Source: a virus
Lineage: Duplodnaviria > Caudoviricetes
Length of the DNA: 64,000 nt
Strand: one strand, 5' to 3'
Virus record (IMG/VR): IMGVR_UViG_3300013383_000025
Location: 31,957-95,956 of that record
Numbering within the stretch: the first letter of the stretch is position 1; every line of letters starts with the position of its first letter. The notes under the pieces were generated by a model that saw only the letters and a list, made by a program, of their open reading frames with translations, was not told the origin of the DNA and searched no databases. The translations under genes and the position numbers were made by a program. This document shows, one piece after another, positions 59,571 to 64,000 of this stretch.

Positions 59571-60056
59571 TCATAAATCTCTATATTCCCCTTTCCAATC
59601 TCCAAGCTCAAATAACTCTCTTGCTTTAGTGATAAACATTGTATATGCGATTGATTTAGGCTCTGTCTTTGGATTCAAAATTCTGCGCAGTTTAGATTCA
59701 GATATATAAGGTAACTTCTTACAACTCGTTGTCGTCTTAAGCTTGCATTTACCATTCCAATTCTCATAGAGCCAATACGATTCCAAATCGCCAACATTAT
59801 ACATGATACCAAGATGATAATTATTATCGAATTGGCGCGTATTAGATACGAAAATTCTATATGGTTCAAAAGACCATTCACCATTGATGCACTCGCCATG
59901 ATACGCCTGACAGAAACCCTGATTTGGCGTTGACATATCCTCATAATTGTCAAATTCATCGCCATTAACGCACGGCGCGTGATTCTTTGGCTCATTACCG
60001 CACCACATATTATAGGTATAATTTGGGAAACATTTTTTCATATACTCAAAATCCAT
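59571..60056 (-). CDS. Hypothetical protein
   Basis: GAGGTG RBS; ORF. Confidence 0.55.
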   Translation of the reverse strand: MDFEYMKKCFPNYTYNMWCGNEPKNHAPCVNGDEFDNYEDMSTPNQGFCQAYHGECINGEWSFEPYRIFVSNTRQFDNNYHLGIMYNVGDLESYWLYENWNGKCKLKTTTSCKKLPYISESKLRRILNPKTEPKSIAYTMFITKARELFELGDWKGEYRDL

Positions 60057-60071
60057 ATCTCAATTCACCTC

Positions 60072-60839
60072 TCACGGCTCAATCATATCATATTCATTTA
60101 CATCTGTCAAGAGGATATTTGTCCATTCTGCATTTACATCTTCAGCAAGATAAAAGAACTTATGGTTGGCAATACTTTTCCAATATTCCTGAGCTTCATG
60201 CCAATCACTACGACCATATGCGGGTGCATAGAAATATAAAATCGGTTTATCAGTTACAAATTTGCCGCCATAGAACACATCGGCTACAGCATTTTTAACC
60301 TCATCATATGCTTTGGGGTCTTGCTTATCCAGATTTTCATTCCAGCCACTATATCCATATGCCGATTTTACTTCTGTGGCTGACAAGCCGTCCTTCAGCA
60401 TTGCGTCAAAATAGCACTGAGCAACGGCCAGTTTACCCTTATACGGCTCACCAGCAGCCTCACCAGCTACCACACATTCAACAAACCATGTCTCGTATTC
60501 TGTCAAATGAAATGGCGGCACATAGACATAATCCGATTCTAATTCTTCAATCTGCTGCTCGGGCTCAGGCTCAACCTCGGTGACTACAGTCTCCATCTCG
60601 ACTATACCCATATCATCATCATCGGATGGCAGATATTCGATTTCAGTTGCGCCAACCGGCTCTTGTACATCAATCGGCACACATTTAATTGAATAGGATG
60701 CCGACTTTGATTTTGCGGCTCGTTCATCCATCATGGCATTATATTCATTGATTTGCTGATAGACAAATGCGCCACAAGCAGTAAATCCAATTACAGCCAA
60801 TCCAATTCCTGCAATGATATATCGAATCTCATTTTTCAT
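60072..60839 (-). CDS. Cell wall hydrolase (SleB/Hydrolase_2-like) with an N-terminal membrane anchor
   Basis: VAGEAAGEPYKGKLAVAQ, LYFYAP, WH, IANHKFF. Confidence 0.78.
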   Translation of the reverse strand: MKNEIRYIIAGIGLAVIGFTACGAFVYQQINEYNAMMDERAAKSKSASYSIKCVPIDVQEPVGATEIEYLPSDDDDMGIVEMETVVTEVEPEPEQQIEELESDYVYVPPFHLTEYETWFVECVVAGEAAGEPYKGKLAVAQCYFDAMLKDGLSATEVKSAYGYSGWNENLDKQDPKAYDEVKNAVADVFYGGKFVTDKPILYFYAPAYGRSDWHEAQEYWKSIANHKFFYLAEDVNAEWTNILLTDVNEYDMIEP

Positions 60840-61871
60840 TTTCGTTTCTCCTCCCCAAATCTATGGCTCGTATATACATATAGCATATTTGATTTCATTT
60901 GTCAAGTAGAAAAATCAATTTTAATTCTGGGGCTTGTATGTATGTAAGCAAAATATTAATCTCGATTTTGAGTTTTGATTTTCCATTCATATGTACAATC
61001 TCGCAGACGGATTTCAAATTTCCGGCTCGTACATACATAAATATCCACCTATATATAACACACGTTATATATCAATCTGCACATACATTCACATATTCAT
61101 ATGCATATACATCTACATCATCATGCACATAAATGATGCAGATAGCAATACGCATGACGTAGATATATGTATTTATCGGCAATGCGCATATATACATCAC
61201 CATACTTTCTTGCACATATCACGATTTATATTAGTATGAAAGTTGCACTAATCACATTTTTCATATGAATATTCACACACATATGACACTTTTTCGTAGG
61301 AGATTTTTATACATTCACACATTTTTCCGTCGTAAAATAATGTGTTGTTGTCATTTATTCCGAGTTCTGAATGGATAACACAAGATTTTGCTTTTTGCGC
61401 CGATATGAGATAAACAAGTTTTAAGCGCAGATTACGTCAAGATTATATCATAGCCGTACAGCCAGCTCGTGCCGATTTGAGCCATGTTTACATCCACCCT
61501 AGGCAGATTATGCCCACGGTCGATTCGAGCCTCCACGCCTGTCCTGAGCCGTCCCTGCGCCGCGCCGCAATCATATATACGCATATATTACTGGGGGAAA
61601 TCCGCTTGGCCTAATCCACACACGCGTACACGAAAAAACCCTGCTCGATTTTTGCCGCGCCTGACCAGTATATGTACTGTATATTGTTGGGAAAATGTAA
61701 AAAAATTGTAAGGTCATATGCGTGAGGATTTTTCGTCTCGATTTATTGCTTCACTTGGCTAAAGCATAGCTGGTAAAATCTGGTGATTGGAAGCCGCTGG
61801 TAATTCAGTTAAACGCCTTTAACTCATGGTCGACCTCCCCCTCCTCATAGGTGCTTCCCTGGGTCACTTTG

Positions 61872-61900
61872 ATCATAGCAGATCGTGCGCCATATGTCAA
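61872..61900 (-). promoter_or_regulatory. sigmaA-type promoter in the non-coding region
   Basis: TTGACA-17-TATGAT with extended TG. Confidence 0.65.
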
Positions 61901-62017
61901 CAAAAAATTGCATAAAAAATGGTCGTCCATTTTAGGCATATTGTACAATGCCATTATGGCGGCTCTGGCGGCTTGCTATGGCGCGATCGTGCCGGGAATA
62001 TAGGAACATAGTGGAGC

Positions 62018-62053
62018 AAAGAAAAGCCCGCCAGCAGACCGCCAGCGGGTTTA
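62018..62053 (-). terminator. Intrinsic terminator of the 62.2-63.8 kb operon
   Basis: cccgctgg/ctggcggg stem followed by cttttcttt on the - strand. Confidence 0.65.
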
Positions 62054-62190
62054 TATCTGTATTCCGTTTTATGTTCTCGCCGTCCTTTTTTGTCTCATGC
62101 CTTCAGCGCCTCGACACGGGCTTTTTAGCGCGTTGGGCTATGGTTTATCGGTTTGCATTATTCGCGGCGCGGCGGGTTTGCTATGCCGTC

Positions 62191-63296
62191 TCAGGCGTAC
62201 GCGCGGGAGTATGCCATATTGCAGAGATCCCTGACATAATAGCTACGAACATCGTATTTTTCCCCGATATAAAACAGGCTGTTTTGCAGCTTCCACGGGA
62301 TTCTATTTTTATCCATGGAAGAAATCAGGTCTTCCATATTTTTCTTGATTTCCATTTTTTCCCACTCTGTGTTCCGCTGATGAAAAAGAATCGAAAGATT
62401 CACAACTACGGCCTCCATAATATGCCGTTGATTGATGGTATAATTTTCCATGGTAATTTCCTCCTCAAAATTTACAATTTCTAACAGACTCGATGTGTTC
62501 CGATACTCGATACAATAGTGGCAAGATAGCCGGATCTGCCTTTTTCGTTCTGCCGGACAACGTAGCAGGCAGACAAGCGCAAGCGGCTATATAGTCCGCG
62601 TCGTTGTCAATATCATATCCTACGGAGTCCGCGAGACTCTGCAAGGCAAGCAATTTTTTATCCCAATATTTTACAGTGTGCATCACATTAAACCAACTTT
62701 CTGCAATTCTTTGATAATTTTACTTTCTGATTCTAAAATCATTTTTACCGCTTCCGATTCCGTGATATATCCACGGATATATGAATATTCAATTTTGTCC
62801 AATTCCTTATTATGTAAAATGCGTCCACACTCCGGCATATACTCACGCGGACGTGATTTTTCAAAATGTGCATATTCGAGAACGAATCTTTTCATTACGT
62901 CAACCTCCTAAAATTTTACAGACAAGCGCAGGAATCCAGAAAATGCTAGTAAATGCAATCATGCCGCCAAAGAATTGAACGGTCCAGTAAACAGGACTTA
63001 GACGGCGTTTTTTCGATTTTTTCATATCAAACAAGCTCCTTTTCATTAAATGCGCGATGCTCCTCAAACATTTTGACCACTTGCGCCCGTGCATTGTACG
63101 GCTTTTCATCGTCGAGCGACGCGGCTCTGTCAATAAGATAGAATGCTGCATCACGGAGCGCGGTAAGATATGCAGATTGACTAGCGGTTTGAATAAACGA
63201 TACGGGCGTTTTTTCACCTGACATTTTGACCGTTGTCGTTCTTTCCGTATGGTTTACAATAACAGAAATGGAAACTTTTGATACGTCTTTTTTCAT
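62191..63296 (-). CDS. Small putative early genes (62191-62451, 62465-62686, 62683-62895, 63027-63296)
   Basis: Packed ORFs with RBSs; no recognisable domains. Confidence 0.5.
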
Positions 63297-63376
63297 TGTA
63301 GTTGCTTCTTTCTTAAAAATATTTATTGAGTAGGGCTTTTTTTAGCGGAAACCCCTTAGAAACCGCGCGGGAATGT

Positions 63377-63769
63377 TTATCCGTAAAATTCTACGACGAA
63401 CACGGGCTTTCCGTTTGACAGATATTCCCCGGCAGCTTGCACAGCCTCTTGATTGCATCCGGTACCGCCGAAACCAGAAGTTACCATGCCAGCAGCACGG
63501 AAAGCTGATTCAGCAGCGGCGCTCCCCTTATCGTATCCATAGCCGGAAGCCTTGCCAGAACCGTATGCCCACTTATCCGCGCCTTTAAACCATACGCAAG
63601 CATATGCAGTTGATGCGGTTGCACCGATTCTCAAATCTACCAGTTCTACCAGTTTTTCCCCGTCGATTGCTATGGCCTTGAATCCCTTGCAAAGATGCTT
63701 TGCTTCCTGGTCCCTGATGTAAGCGTTCATGTTTTCTTGCGGCTCAAAAGATTTTACAGTGATTTCCAT
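63377..63769 (-). CDS. Hypothetical phage protein
   Basis: GSGKASGYGYDKGSAA motif; AGGAGG RBS; promoter at 63820-63848 (TTGACA-17-TATACT). Confidence 0.65.
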   Translation of the reverse strand: MEITVKSFEPQENMNAYIRDQEAKHLCKGFKAIAIDGEKLVELVDLRIGATASTAYACVWFKGADKWAYGSGKASGYGYDKGSAAAESAFRAAGMVTSGFGGTGCNQEAVQAAGEYLSNGKPVFVVEFYG

Positions 63770-64000
63770 TTTTTTTGTTCCTCCTGAAATGTTTCGTTGT
63801 AGTTGTTTATCGTGCCTTGAGTATATCCGATAAATTTATTTTTGTCAATCGGCATTTTGTACAATTTTTAAGTGATTGTTTGGTTTATTTTAGCGGTTGG
63901 CCGGATATTTCGCCGGCCTTCCCCGCGTCACTGCTGCGATATGATATACCAGAACGCTGCAAAAGTCAATAGTACATTTTGCACAAATTACAAGCGTTTC

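Noticed and set aside
60930-61700. CRISPR array or mini-array
   Set aside because: No identical repeats with regular unique spacers.
853-63972. Numerous antisense or alternate-frame ORFs in the six-frame track (for example 12584-13051, 23662-24228, 61948-62484)
   Set aside because: They are shadows of well-supported genes on the other strand or frame, with no RBS or recognisable motifs.

Overview
A 64-kb piece of a large tailed dsDNA phage or prophage; sigmaA-type promoters, GGAGG RBSs and gene content suggest a Bacillota (Clostridia-like) host. The + strand (1-24.3 kb) is the late tail/lysis module: a 5'-truncated tape measure, baseplate and fibre genes, holin/endolysin, and three paralogous putative receptor-binding proteins (RBPs). 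It meets a bidirectional terminator at 24.3 kb. The - strand (24.3-64 kb) is an early/middle module: HNH, dUTPase, ThyX-like protein, class II RNR interrupted by a group I intron with a LAGLIDADG ORF, RecD2, PAPS-reductase family protein, split RecJ, primase, DnaB, Sak4-like ATPase and SSB, DnaE, beta-CASP nuclease, tyrosine recombinase, HU, tRNAs and many small ORFs. Most notable: (1) three RBP paralogues with conserved termini around unrelated cores, two carrying poly-G tracts (G9 out of frame/OFF, G10 in frame/ON), a candidate phase-variable host-range system; (2) about 1.15 kb of promoter-driven, helix-rich, essentially ORF-free sequence with an embedded degenerate tRNA, a candidate large ornate ncRNA; (3) a recurring element in which a promoter spacer is the reverse complement of the downstream RBS; (4) several disrupted genes (Trp-to-stop changes in two DNA-modification genes, homopolymer/SSR frameshifts). 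All protein calls are from motif recognition by eye; no database searches or folding programs were run.
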